A stretch of DNA of 64,000 nt from an uncultured Bacilli bacterium (GCA_944363935.1 CALVVT010000073.1:4226-68225), one strand, 5' to 3'. Positions 38,882-49,590 are shown, counted from the first letter of the stretch. Numbers and translations: made by a program. Notes: generated by a model from the letters alone, not told the origin.

Positions 38882-41269
38882 TTATCTCACTACAATATTT
38901 ACAAGTTTTTTAGGTACAGTTATTACTTTAACAATTTCTTTACCTTCAGTATATTTTTTAACATTTTCACTTTCTAAAGCAAGTTTTTCCATTTCTTCTT
39001 TACTAATATCACTAGAAACATCTATTTTACCACGAACTTTACCATTTACCTGTACCACCATTTCAAAAGTATCATTAATTGTTTTATTTTCGTCATAAAT
39101 TGGCCAAGGACTTTTAGCAAGAACTTCACCTAATTTATTTATTTCGTTAATTTCTTCAGTAATGTGTGGTGCGATTGGATTTAATAAATGAACTAAAACT
39201 CTTAAATCGTCTTTACTTACACTGTCATAAGTTTCATAATCATTAAGTAAAATCATTAAAGCTGATACTACTGTATTATATTTCATAACTTGTAAATCAT
39301 TAGTAACTTTTTTTATTGTTTGATGGACTAAAGTTTCATTAGTATAACCTTCTTTATCATTTAAATGTTCACCTAAACGCCAAATTCTATCTAAAAATTT
39401 CTTACACCCTTTAAGACCATTTAAACTCCAAGCGGCATCTTTTTCATAGTCTCCAATAAACATCTCATAGGTTCTTAATGCATCGGCCCCATATTCGTTA
39501 ACAATATCGTCAGGATTAATAACATTACCTTTAGATTTACTCATTTTTTCGCCATTAGGGCCTAAAATCATACCATGAGAAACCCTAACATCAATTGGTT
39601 CTTTATTAGGAACAAGCCCAATATTATATAAAAATTGATTCCAAAAACGAGCATATAATAAATGTCTAGCAGTGTGTTCCATTCCACCATTATACCAGTC
39701 TACTTTACCCCAATAATTTAAAGCTTCTTTTGAGACGAATTCTTTATCATTATTTGGATCCATATAACGAAGGAAATACCAACTTGAACCAGCCCAGTTT
39801 GGCATAGTGTCAGTTTCTCTTCTAGCTTTTCCACCACATTTTGGACAAGCTACATTTACCCAATCTTCAATATTAGCAAGCGGACTTTCACCATCTTCAG
39901 TTGGTTCATAATTAGCCACATCAGGAAGTTTTACTGGAAGTTCTTCGTCAGGAACTGGTACCCAACCACATTTTTCACAATGAATTAAAGGTATTGGTTC
40001 TCCCCAAAATCTTTGTCTTGAAAAAATCCAATCTTGAAGACGATAATTTACTTTTTCCCGGCCAATTCCTTTTTCTTTTAAATAATCAAGCATTTTATGA
40101 ATTGCTTCTTCTTTATTAGTAATTCCATTTAGAATACCAGAATTAATCATTTTTCCATCGTCAGTATAAGCATTATTACTAATATCACCTTCAATAACAG
40201 GAATAATATCAATATTAAACTTTTGCGCAAAAGCGTAATCTCTTTCGTCATGAGCTGGAACAGCCATTATCGCGCCTGTACCATAACCCATCATAACATA
40301 ATCAGAAATCCATATTTCTATTTCTTTATTAGTAACAGGATTAATAGCGTTTATTCCTTCTAATCTAACACCTGTTTTTTCTTTTGCTAGTTCAGTTCTT
40401 TCAAATTCAGTTTTGGTTTTCGCGTATTCCTGATATTTTATAACTTCTTCCATATTAGTTATTTTATCTTTTAAAGTATTAATAATTGGATGTTCAGGAG
40501 CAACAACCATAAAAGTTACTCCATATAAAGTATCAGGTCTAGTTGTATAAACAGTTAAAGTTTCATTTAAAACTTTAAAATCAACTTCAGCACCTTTACT
40601 TTTACCAATCCAATTTATTTGCCCAAGTTTTACTCTATCGGCAAATTTAGTATCGTCAAGTCCAGTAAGTAAATCTTCAGCATAGTCACTCATTCGAAGT
40701 AACCATTGTTCTTTTTCTTTTTGAATAACTTTACTTCCACATCTTTCACAAACACCTCCAGCCGCATCTTCATTTGAAAGTCCTGTTTTACATTTAGGAC
40801 ACCAGTTTATATTCTTTTTAGCTTTATAAGCCATACCATGTTTATAAAATTGTAAAAACTGCCACTGGGTCCATTTATAATACTCTGGATCGGTTGTTGC
40901 GAATTCTCTACTCCAATCAAAAGATATCCCTAAATTTTGTATTTGTTTTTTAAATGTTTTTATATTTTCTTTAACAGCATCTTTAGGATGGATATGATTT
41001 TTTATCGCATATTGTTCTGCCGGAGCACCAAATGCATCCCATCCCATTGGAAATAATACATTTAACCCCGCCATCCGTTTCATTCTGGCAACAGCATCTA
41101 AAGCTGTATAACTACGAACATGACCAACATGAAGACCAGAACCAGATGGATAAGGGAATTCTACTAATACATAATATTTTTCTTTTTTATCACCTGTAAT
41201 TGCTTTAAATGTTTCATTTTCTTCCCAATATTTTTGCCATTTTTTCTCTACTTCTTTAAAATTATACAT
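38882..41269 (-). CDS. leuS: Leucine--tRNA ligase
   Basis: 795 aa with HVGHVRSY (HIGH) and KMSKSKGN (KMSKS) motifs plus the CP1 editing domain. Confidence 0.97.
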   Translation of the reverse strand: MYNFKEVEKKWQKYWEENETFKAITGDKKEKYYVLVEFPYPSGSGLHVGHVRSYTALDAVARMKRMAGLNVLFPMGWDAFGAPAEQYAIKNHIHPKDAVKENIKTFKKQIQNLGISFDWSREFATTDPEYYKWTQWQFLQFYKHGMAYKAKKNINWCPKCKTGLSNEDAAGGVCERCGSKVIQKEKEQWLLRMSDYAEDLLTGLDDTKFADRVKLGQINWIGKSKGAEVDFKVLNETLTVYTTRPDTLYGVTFMVVAPEHPIINTLKDKITNMEEVIKYQEYAKTKTEFERTELAKEKTGVRLEGINAINPVTNKEIEIWISDYVMMGYGTGAIMAVPAHDERDYAFAQKFNIDIIPVIEGDISNNAYTDDGKMINSGILNGITNKEEAIHKMLDYLKEKGIGREKVNYRLQDWIFSRQRFWGEPIPLIHCEKCGWVPVPDEELPVKLPDVANYEPTEDGESPLANIEDWVNVACPKCGGKARRETDTMPNWAGSSWYFLRYMDPNNDKEFVSKEALNYWGKVDWYNGGMEHTARHLLYARFWNQFLYNIGLVPNKEPIDVRVSHGMILGPNGEKMSKSKGNVINPDDIVNEYGADALRTYEMFIGDYEKDAAWSLNGLKGCKKFLDRIWRLGEHLNDKEGYTNETLVHQTIKKVTNDLQVMKYNTVVSALMILLNDYETYDSVSKDDLRVLVHLLNPIAPHITEEINEINKLGEVLAKSPWPIYDENKTINDTFEMVVQVNGKVRGKIDVSSDISKEEMEKLALESENVKKYTEGKEIVKVITVPKKLVNIVVR

Positions 41270-41613
41270 TATTTACCTTCTTTCTTTTTATAATGACTAC
41301 CAATTATATTATAAATAATATAAATTGATGGCATTAATATAATAAATGCTAACATAAGTTTTAATATAAAATTATCAACTATTCCAACAATTGCCACTGT
41401 AGCTCCAATTATAAAAGCATTTGTAAGGGCCACTGTATTAGCAAAACTTTTAAGATTTAATTTATCAATATCTAATTTAAACTTTATTTTAAAATATTCT
41501 AATTGTTTACTTGACTTAAATTTTTCTAATCCTTTTTTTCTTAAAACAATAATAAATAAATATAATAAATAAATAATTAGAAAACAAAAAATAAACGTTA
41601 AAATATAAAGCAT
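41269..41613 (-). CDS. Small integral membrane protein (114 aa)
   Basis: Three predicted TM helices and RBS AAGGAGGAAGG. It lies between fic and leuS. Confidence 0.5.
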   Translation of the reverse strand: MLYILTFIFCFLIIYLLYLFIIVLRKKGLEKFKSSKQLEYFKIKFKLDIDKLNLKSFANTVALTNAFIIGATVAIVGIVDNFILKLMLAFIILMPSIYIIYNIIGSHYKKKEGK

Positions 41614-41635
41614 AATCCCTTCCTCCTTAATTTTA

Positions 41636-41690
41636 AATTCGGCTTACGTTCGGCTTATTTTCGGCTTAAATTCGGCTTAAATTCGGCTTA
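41636..41690. repeat. Five tandem copies of a ~10-11 bp unit (minus strand TAAGCCGAAtt) immediately upstream of the small membrane gene RBS
   Basis: Forward sequence is aaattcggcttacgttcggcttattttcggcttaaattcggcttaaattcggcttaag. Confidence 0.85.
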
Positions 41691-42779
41691 AGTATGTTCT
41701 AATAAATATTTTATATATTTTTCAGTCAAAATATAATCAACATTTCTTTTCTGATTCATGTCATAACGAGTTAAAAATTCTTTTTGCATCCATTTCTTTA
41801 ACCAATTATTTGCTGTATCCAAACTTATTTTAAAATGAGAAGCTATATCTTTAGCTTTTATTTTTCCATGATTAATTATAAAATTGGCAACCCATCTTTC
41901 TCTTTTATCTAAAGTATTAAATAAATTTACTTCATTTTGACTTTTTTCATAGATATTTTTAATTCTTTTTTCTACAATATCAAAAGTTTTTGACATTACA
42001 GAAACAAAATACTCAAGCCAAGCAGTAATATCAGCTTTATTTCTTCCAAAATAATAGTTATGATGCAATCCCATTTGTAAAGAATTATAATATTCTTCAA
42101 TATTTTTGTCATAATATTCTTCTAAAACATAAAAGCCTCTTAAATCATAATCATATAACTTCAAAATATAATTAGCAAGTAATCTTGCACATCTCCCATT
42201 TCCATCCCAAAAAGGATGAATAGTTAAAAACTTATAAGCAAAAATACCTGCTTTAATTGGTACTGGAATATCATTACTTTCATTAAGCTCAATTATCATA
42301 TCCTTTATTAAAGAACTAACGTCAGAAGCTTCTGGTGGTAAGTATACTATCTTTTTAGTCAATGAATCTTCCACAACATTTTGACCATCTCGAAAATTAT
42401 TTTTATATGTTATTTTTTTACCGATAACTAAATTATGTAATTTTAAAATTAAATCTTCAGTAATAGGCTCTTTTTTGTCACTTAAATCATTTAAATACAT
42501 CAAAGCATTATAATAATTTCTTACCTCTAAAACATTTCTTTCATGTGATTTTATATTGTTTTCAATAACTTCCTTAACTTCATTTAAATTTAAACGATTG
42601 CCTTCTATTTTTGTAGAATAATGAACTCTTTTTACAATAGTTTCTTTTTTTATTTCTTCTTCAATAGATAACGGTAATTTCAATAATTTAGTTATTTCTT
42701 TAACATTATTTATCTTTATTAAATCATTAACTAACTTATTAGTATAATGCCATTTTATATCCATTTTTTCACTAACCAT
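41688..42779 (-). CDS. fic: Fic/DOC-family protein (putative AMPylase) with a C-terminal wHTH
   Basis: 363 aa with the Fic motif HPFWDGNGRCARL. It sits directly downstream of the leuS-type T-box leader. Confidence 0.85.
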   Translation of the reverse strand: MVSEKMDIKWHYTNKLVNDLIKINNVKEITKLLKLPLSIEEEIKKETIVKRVHYSTKIEGNRLNLNEVKEVIENNIKSHERNVLEVRNYYNALMYLNDLSDKKEPITEDLILKLHNLVIGKKITYKNNFRDGQNVVEDSLTKKIVYLPPEASDVSSLIKDMIIELNESNDIPVPIKAGIFAYKFLTIHPFWDGNGRCARLLANYILKLYDYDLRGFYVLEEYYDKNIEEYYNSLQMGLHHNYYFGRNKADITAWLEYFVSVMSKTFDIVEKRIKNIYEKSQNEVNLFNTLDKRERWVANFIINHGKIKAKDIASHFKISLDTANNWLKKWMQKEFLTRYDMNQKRNVDYILTEKYIKYLLEHT

Positions 42780-42791
42780 AACTCACCTCTT

Positions 42792-42985
42792 TAACAAAAA
42801 AGTATTATGAGTATAAGGACGAATAAATCGTGGTACCACCTTACTTTCATAATACTATGATTATCTCAAAAGCTTAACGTGCTTTACCCGTCATATACTT
42901 ATCATATATGCTGCTCATAAGTAAGTTCATAGCCTTTCTTTAAAAGTTTCCACCAACCACTTTCTCTCTATAAAAGAAATAACTA
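42792..42985 (-). promoter_or_regulatory. T-box riboswitch leader (probable Leu specifier CUU)
   Basis: Minus strand reads AGAGAGAAAGUGG ... AUGAA-CUU-A ... then the T-box motif AAGUAAGGUGGUACCACG (fwd 42829-42846). The terminator stem is AGUAUUAUGA/UCAUAAUACU (fwd 42801-42856) followed by UUUUUUG. Confidence 0.85.
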
Positions 42986-43048
42986 TTACTACTCTTAATC
43001 CTCGCTTTGCTTATTTAATTATAGTATAAAATTAAAGGTTAATCAAGG

Positions 43049-44362
43049 TTATTTATTAATTTTTTTACTATTTTTTCTATTTCTAGAAACCACTTCGTCT
43101 AAAGGTCTACTTTCATAAGTTAAAACATTATCATTTATATTTTCATAATTAATTGTATCATTATCTTTTTCTTTGTCATTAAAATAAGTTTTAGAAATAA
43201 AATATCTTTGTTCCTTTGATTTAAATAAATCTAAATAGTCTTTCATAATAACATCTTCACTAGCATTATAACCATATTTATCGTTAAAATAACTTATAAA
43301 ATACGAATTACCTTTTTTATGTATTTCTTCTATATAATCAGGACTATCTAACTCTAAACTTAAAGTATCTAAAAATTCATTAGCTTTATTTTCGTCTAAA
43401 TTAATTGCTAGTAATTCATTTTTTAAAAATGAAATATCCTTATTTAAATAACTATCTAAAACTACTTTAGGAGGCAAAATTTCACATAAAGTTCTTATAA
43501 TTCTAGCCTTATCACCATAAGCATTAGTATCCCGAAAGCCAGTATATTCTCTAGCTAATAATATGCTCATTCCATCATTTAATAAAAAATCTTCACCAGT
43601 ATAACAAATAGCTTTAAAAAGTTCTCTAAATATATAATATTTTTTTCTGTTTTCATTACTTTCATAACAATAAATTCGGTATGGGCTATCACATTTACCT
43701 TTTTTGCCATTTCCCATTTCAGCACTTTCATAAACAATTCTCCCATATCTTAAAGTTGCTAGAGCATTAGCAAAACTATCTTCTTCAGTATAATCATTTA
43801 AAAAATTAATAACTGGTTTTAGCATTTCTTTTTCTTCTTTAGTTAAAAAACTATTTTCATTTAAATAAACTTCAGCGATTTCTGCTTTAGTATAAGTATT
43901 ATCTATTTTTTGAACTTCTTTTTTTATTGCCATATTAATAGCTAACCATGAACAAATTTCCGGAAAAATATAATCAGCATTAACTATATCATTAGGATTT
44001 TTATAATATGTAATATCGCAAGGAAAATCGAAGGTTACTTTAGTAAATTTATTAGGCCTATTAATTATCTCGGAATACCTAACCCTAATAAGACTTATTT
44101 GTTTAAGAGCAAAAGCAAAATAATTTTCGTCACAAGTTTCTAAAAGAGGATAAATTAATCTAATTACATCTCTAACATTATTATCAATATTTTTATTGTT
44201 ATTTAAGTATAATTCGAAAATAGTTTTACGTTCTTTTCCTTCTTTTAAAAGAACAGCAACCTCTTCTTCAACCGTTAAATCATTACTGCAACCTCCAAGT
44301 AAAATAGAAAGTCCAGCAACCCCAGCTAATTTCAAGAAATCTCTTCTTGTTATATTAGTCAT
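43049..44362 (-). CDS. Tat-signal lipoprotein, function unknown
   Basis: Start at MTNITRRDFLKLAGVAGLSILLGGCSN (twin-arginine motif plus lipobox LGGC) with RBS GAGGGA. The track ORF starts 33 nt upstream. Confidence 0.6.
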   Translation of the reverse strand: MTNITRRDFLKLAGVAGLSILLGGCSNDLTVEEEVAVLLKEGKERKTIFELYLNNNKNIDNNVRDVIRLIYPLLETCDENYFAFALKQISLIRVRYSEIINRPNKFTKVTFDFPCDITYYKNPNDIVNADYIFPEICSWLAINMAIKKEVQKIDNTYTKAEIAEVYLNENSFLTKEEKEMLKPVINFLNDYTEEDSFANALATLRYGRIVYESAEMGNGKKGKCDSPYRIYCYESNENRKKYYIFRELFKAICYTGEDFLLNDGMSILLAREYTGFRDTNAYGDKARIIRTLCEILPPKVVLDSYLNKDISFLKNELLAINLDENKANEFLDTLSLELDSPDYIEEIHKKGNSYFISYFNDKYGYNASEDVIMKDYLDLFKSKEQRYFISKTYFNDKEKDNDTINYENINDNVLTYESRPLDEVVSRNRKNSKKINK

Positions 44363-44437
44363 AGTATCCCTCTTTTCCTTGCCATATCTTAACATAACTC
44401 CTATCTTTGTGTCAATTTAAAAAACGCTATAAAAGCG

Positions 44438-46837
44438 TTAAATCTGATCAATATATTCAAGTAATTTTAAGAACATTTTAATAAATTTCTTATCCAAACC
44501 TAATTTAGCTAATTTTCTAATTTCAATTCTCTTTTTCTTAATTTCTAAAGAACCAAATAAAATGCTATCTATTTTTTCTTTCATTTCCGTTGATATTTGC
44601 AAATCACTAATAATTTCTTCAATCTCTTTATTAATTAAATGAACAGCATCTATTTCAATGTCTTTACCTTTACAACTAACTGTAAACTGACCAGTTGTAT
44701 TAATATCTGGAACTTCTACTATAAAGTCTGGACCATCGACATAAGTTTTAAACGATACTTCGTCACGGTTACTATAAACTTTAACATCGTCAGTTCTTTT
44801 GGTATTTCTAAAAATAATTTTATAATTCCGTTTATCCGGAATAATTCCACTCTTACCTTCTTTAGCTCTAATAATAACACTGTAATTATTAGGTAAATAA
44901 TTATACTCTATTTCTGTTAGCAAATAAAAATCTTTGCGGTATAAATCACTTTCACCATCGTCTTCAAATAAAGTATAAGAATTACTTTTACCTGGGAATA
45001 TTTGAATCTCCATATCCTTTGGTGGCGTTGTATCATTTATGTGCTCGTTCTTACCCATTGGAATAATAGCACCGGCTTTAGCAAAAACTGGATACTCTTC
45101 GTCCCTAAAGAAAGAAACGTAATTTTTACCACCAGGGAATTTTTTGCCGGTTACAAAATCATACCAAATACCTTCGGGAATATAGAAATTATGGACCGAA
45201 CGGTTCATGACATAATCTTTTTGAGTTACAATTGGACAAACAAATAAGGCATTACCAAAATAATATTCCTGGGAATATAAAACATCGTCATAAAGGTCTG
45301 GATTAGTATAATATAATGGTTTTATAAGCGGTGTTCCAAACTTATGATATTTATAAACTTCACTATAAATATAAGGGATTAATTTATGCCGAAGACGCAA
45401 ATAATCACTGACAATAGTATAGGTTTTAATTCCCCAGCGCCAAGGTTCTCTTTTATAATACTTACCTTTATCAGCTCCAAATTTTAAAATTGGCGAAAAA
45501 CAACCTAATTGAACAAATCTTATATAAAGTTCATTATCTTCAGTTCCTTTATAATATCCCCCAATATCATGAGCCCACATACTAGCGCCGGTATTAAAGG
45601 TAGTAATATTAAATTTATTAACATCTTTTAACGTTTTCCAACTAACAACTGTTTTTCCAGAATACAAAACTGGATATCGATGTGGGGCCAAAGCAAAATT
45701 TTTGGCTAAAACCATTGGCCTACGCTTATAATCACGCATCATATCATAAAATTGATAATGCTTAAGTAAAGCATAATCACTTATTTTGGATTTTTTAAAC
45801 ATATCAAGCCAGTAAAAATCAACACCTAAATTATCAAGCGGGTGAATAAATAATTTTAAATAAGTATCAATTACTTTAGGATCATAAACATTAAAAGGAA
45901 TATGATTATTTTCTTCGGTTAAATATTTTAAAGCTTCGGTATAATTATCGTCAATATTATAAAAGCCTTCAGTTGGGTCAATATTAAGACCCATTCTAAT
46001 ATTTTTACCATGCAAATAATTAATCATTGCCCCCGGATTTTTAAAATACTCGTCGTTAAAAGTAAAACCTGTTTTTAAATGTTTATCTTTTTCATAAATT
46101 CTTTTATGCCAGTCTTTATCTAATAAAACAATAGAAAGCGGTAATTCTTTACGTTCAAAATTATCTACAAGTTCCTTAAGTTCTAAATCGTCATAATCAT
46201 TATTTCTACTCCACCAATTTCCTAAAGCATATCTAGGAATTAAAGCTGGATACCCCGTTAAGTCATAATAATCAGTTAAAGCTTTTTCAAAATCTTTATT
46301 ATACATAAATAAATAAATATCAATTTCTTCAGCTTCTCTTGGACTAATAGTTCCATCTTCATTAAAAATTTTATGATTACTGTCGTCGATTGAAGCAATT
46401 CCTTCTGCCGAATATAATCCGTGTTCTTTTAAGTTTCCTTCGTCAAAAGTTGTTGGCGGCGTCCCAAAATTTCTAATTTCTGGATGGCCATAATACCAAG
46501 CTCTATCGGTACCTAATAATGAAACTTTTAAATTAACAGCAGGATTTACTTTATTGCCAAGAAATTCTCTTTTTTTTAAATAAGTTAAATGAAAGTATTC
46601 AGTTTCTATTTCGATTGTACTCGCGCCTTCATTAACTCTAAATTTCGTTTTAGGCATATCCCTTTGCCAAATAAGTTCAGTTGGGGCATCAGTAAAAATA
46701 CCAGCTTTACTATACTCAAGCCGAATAACTCTTGGTGATAAAACCGTAAACCGGTAATGCTCTCCTTTAATAACATTATCAGCTGTAGCTACCGCTTTAG
46801 CAACATTTAATTTAAATTGTTCACCTAAATTATACAT
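44438..46837 (-). CDS. Glycoside hydrolase, family 31-like
   Basis: 799 aa; VDFYWLDMFK and WAHDIGGY resemble the GH31 catalytic-region motifs (WxDMNE, HDIGGF). The fit is not perfect. Confidence 0.5.
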   Translation of the reverse strand: MYNLGEQFKLNVAKAVATADNVIKGEHYRFTVLSPRVIRLEYSKAGIFTDAPTELIWQRDMPKTKFRVNEGASTIEIETEYFHLTYLKKREFLGNKVNPAVNLKVSLLGTDRAWYYGHPEIRNFGTPPTTFDEGNLKEHGLYSAEGIASIDDSNHKIFNEDGTISPREAEEIDIYLFMYNKDFEKALTDYYDLTGYPALIPRYALGNWWSRNNDYDDLELKELVDNFERKELPLSIVLLDKDWHKRIYEKDKHLKTGFTFNDEYFKNPGAMINYLHGKNIRMGLNIDPTEGFYNIDDNYTEALKYLTEENNHIPFNVYDPKVIDTYLKLFIHPLDNLGVDFYWLDMFKKSKISDYALLKHYQFYDMMRDYKRRPMVLAKNFALAPHRYPVLYSGKTVVSWKTLKDVNKFNITTFNTGASMWAHDIGGYYKGTEDNELYIRFVQLGCFSPILKFGADKGKYYKREPWRWGIKTYTIVSDYLRLRHKLIPYIYSEVYKYHKFGTPLIKPLYYTNPDLYDDVLYSQEYYFGNALFVCPIVTQKDYVMNRSVHNFYIPEGIWYDFVTGKKFPGGKNYVSFFRDEEYPVFAKAGAIIPMGKNEHINDTTPPKDMEIQIFPGKSNSYTLFEDDGESDLYRKDFYLLTEIEYNYLPNNYSVIIRAKEGKSGIIPDKRNYKIIFRNTKRTDDVKVYSNRDEVSFKTYVDGPDFIVEVPDINTTGQFTVSCKGKDIEIDAVHLINKEIEEIISDLQISTEMKEKIDSILFGSLEIKKKRIEIRKLAKLGLDKKFIKMFLKLLEYIDQI

Positions 46838-46849
46838 TATATCATCCCC

Positions 46850-48262
46850 TTATATTTCTTCTATTTTCATAAAATTAGTATGTTTTACTTTTTTAAATGG
46901 AAAACCACCAGTAATAATAACTTTGTCTCCTGTTTGTAAATTTAATACCTCCGCCGCTATTTTTTTAGCTTCAAGAGTTAATAAGTCAAAATTCTCGTCG
47001 TCCATTTTTACCGAATAAACACCAAAATAAAGGGCGAGGCTTTTAGCAACACTAACATTTTGCGCGATTGCAATTATTGGCGCTGTTGGTCTAAATTTAC
47101 TCATGGTTTTAGCTGTATAACCCGAATTAGTCATAACAATAATAGCTTTACAATCAAGTTCTCTAGCTCCTAAAACCGCACTAGAAGCAATTGTATTCGT
47201 AATATTTTTAGTAAAGTTTTCTAAAGTTTGTTCAAAAAAATGTTTATAATCAATATTTTCTTCAGCAGCTCCTATAACTTTTGCTATAGAATTTACGGCT
47301 TCTAAAGGATGCGAACCCATAGTTGTTTCTGAAGTTAGCATTAAAGCATCAACTCCGGTAGTTACCGCCCCAGCAATATCAGATACTTCAGCTCGGTCTG
47401 GTTCAACAGCTTCTTCTTTAAAGCTAGTCATTTCCGCACTGATAACACTTATTTTTCCTTGTTTTTGACAAGTTTTAATTACTTTATGTTTAATACTAGG
47501 AAGGTCTTCAATAGGCATTTCTACAGCAATATCATTACGGGATAAAATTAAACCATCAGCTGCTTTTATAATATTATCCATATCTAATACGGCATTTTTA
47601 TTATCGAGTTTAGCTAAAAGAACAATATGATTATTACCAAGTTCAATTAACAAATCATTAACTTCTAAAACATCGTCACTATTAGAAATATTAGAAACAC
47701 TTAAGTAATCAACTCCTATTTTATGAGCAAACAAAATATCTTCCCGGTCCTGACTAGTTAAAAACTTTTTATTTAAAGAAATATTCGGAATATATAATTT
47801 CGAATTATCTTTAACGGTTCCACCCTTAATAACTTCACAAACTACATAATCAAGCCCCTTTTCAACTACACGCATTTCAACGGCCCCTTCAGCTAATTTA
47901 ATTATCGTATGAAATTTAAGGTCGTCGATTAAACCTGGGTAATTAACACTAAAATGAGTCATATCGCCAAGCATTTCCGTAATATAAATTCTTATTTTAT
48001 CACCGCTCTTAAAAGTAGCTTTTCCAAGAGTAAACGTTCCAGCCCGAAGACAAGAGCCTTCTAAATCCATCATAATTCCAACATTAGTTTTTAACTCATT
48101 GTTAATTTTATCGACAGTTAAAGTTACTTTTTTACAAAAATCATAATTCGCGTAACTCATATTAAACCGAACAACATCTACACCACTTTTAATCATTTGT
48201 TTTAATAAATCTTCTTCGTAGTTACTAGGACTAATAGTCGCAATTACTTTTGTCTTATTCAT
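46850..48262 (-). CDS. pyk: Pyruvate kinase
   Basis: 470 aa with KTKVIATISPS...VRFNMSY and the PK barrel plus C-terminal domain. Confidence 0.85.
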   Translation of the reverse strand: MNKTKVIATISPSNYEEDLLKQMIKSGVDVVRFNMSYANYDFCKKVTLTVDKINNELKTNVGIMMDLEGSCLRAGTFTLGKATFKSGDKIRIYITEMLGDMTHFSVNYPGLIDDLKFHTIIKLAEGAVEMRVVEKGLDYVVCEVIKGGTVKDNSKLYIPNISLNKKFLTSQDREDILFAHKIGVDYLSVSNISNSDDVLEVNDLLIELGNNHIVLLAKLDNKNAVLDMDNIIKAADGLILSRNDIAVEMPIEDLPSIKHKVIKTCQKQGKISVISAEMTSFKEEAVEPDRAEVSDIAGAVTTGVDALMLTSETTMGSHPLEAVNSIAKVIGAAEENIDYKHFFEQTLENFTKNITNTIASSAVLGARELDCKAIIVMTNSGYTAKTMSKFRPTAPIIAIAQNVSVAKSLALYFGVYSVKMDDENFDLLTLEAKKIAAEVLNLQTGDKVIITGGFPFKKVKHTNFMKIEEI

Positions 48263-48343
48263 TTTTTAGCCTCCTATATTATAATTATATCAAGTTTTTT
48301 ATTAAAAACAAAATAATTTTAAAAAAAAATACTAAAAATAGTA

Positions 48344-48946
48344 TTATTTTTCAAGATATTGTAAAGTGTTTTCATTTACTTTATCTAACTTTATTTCTTC
48401 GCCAGTTTCATCACTAGTAAAATAAAGTGTATCGTCACTAACGGTAAAAGTAAATGTTGTTTCATTATTATCACTATCAGTAGTTTCATTTTCAGTATTA
48501 TCAGTTACATTATCTAATACGCTATTATCTTCTGATGTTGTTTCATTATCTGCTGTAAAAGTTATTTCGTCACCGTCTTTAGTATAAGTACCAGTATATT
48601 CTTTAGTATCGTTATAAACTAACGCTAGAGAAGCGGTATTATCGTCATTTAAAATAAGTTCAACCGTTCCGGTACTTTCTTCATCACCATAAGTTTCCAT
48701 TCCAGTATAAGCTCCAACTTCGTCAAACTCGTCTTCGGTAACTTCAGGAACTACTTCTGGAGTTTCATTAGGAATGGCTTCTTCTTCATTATCTAAAGTA
48801 CTGGTGTAAATAAAATAACCTAATACAGCAATAATAGCAATTACTAGTATAGCAATAATAATATTACGTGATGTATCATGTTTTTCTTCCATATTTTCAA
48901 TCCTTTCTATAAAATTATTATAAACAAAATTTTTTTTATTATACAA
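48344..48946 (-). CDS. Membrane-anchored acidic Thr/Glu/Asp-rich hypothetical protein
   Basis: 200 aa with a single N-terminal TM. Confidence 0.4.
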   Translation of the reverse strand: MYNKKNFVYNNFIERIENMEEKHDTSRNIIIAILVIAIIAVLGYFIYTSTLDNEEEAIPNETPEVVPEVTEDEFDEVGAYTGMETYGDEESTGTVELILNDDNTASLALVYNDTKEYTGTYTKDGDEITFTADNETTSEDNSVLDNVTDNTENETTDSDNNETTFTFTVSDDTLYFTSDETGEEIKLDKVNENTLQYLEK

Positions 48947-48966
48947 AAAAAGAATAAGTTTAATCC

Positions 48967-49590
48967 TTATTCCATGGCTGCGACTTCTAATTTATCATTA
49001 CTATGAATTAAAGTAATGGTTCCAGTTTCTTGATATCCCATATCGTCGTCATAAGTGATTTTAAAATCAAAAACATAAGCATTATCGTCAGTTTCCTCAC
49101 CATAAGTAAATGAAGTATTTTCCGCTTTTTCAGCTGAAACACTACTAACTACTGGAAGCGTTTGTTTTCTTTTACCATAAACATCACTTTCAACGATTTT
49201 ATACATTGAAGAGCTAGCTAGTTTAACAAAATCGTCTCTAAAATCTTTATATACAAACTGAAGTCCACCGACATCATTCTTTGTAATTTTATTATCTAAA
49301 TTAAAGAAGTCAGCTAAAAACATTCTCGCAACTAAAGAAGCGTACTTGTCTTCGTCTACTTCGTCAGCCGTTAAAACATCTTTAAGTTGTTTAAATAAAT
49401 TTTTATAATATTTAGTGGCATTTTCACTTAAAGTATAATCATAACCTTCAATTGTATCGACATTTTTAATTTCAGCTACTTTTTCTTCTTCTTTATTAAA
49501 GAAAATAAAGTAAGCAGCTACCCCAACAGCAATTAAAATAATCAGGGTTAAAATAATTATCGGTTTCTTTTTTATTCTTCTTTTTTTCAT
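48967..49590 (-). CDS. Membrane-anchored hypothetical protein
   Basis: 207 aa with an N-terminal TM. It overlaps the stop of the ltaS-like gene by 4 nt. Confidence 0.4.
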   Translation of the reverse strand: MKKRRIKKKPIIILTLIILIAVGVAAYFIFFNKEEEKVAEIKNVDTIEGYDYTLSENATKYYKNLFKQLKDVLTADEVDEDKYASLVARMFLADFFNLDNKITKNDVGGLQFVYKDFRDDFVKLASSSMYKIVESDVYGKRKQTLPVVSSVSAEKAENTSFTYGEETDDNAYVFDFKITYDDDMGYQETGTITLIHSNDKLEVAAME

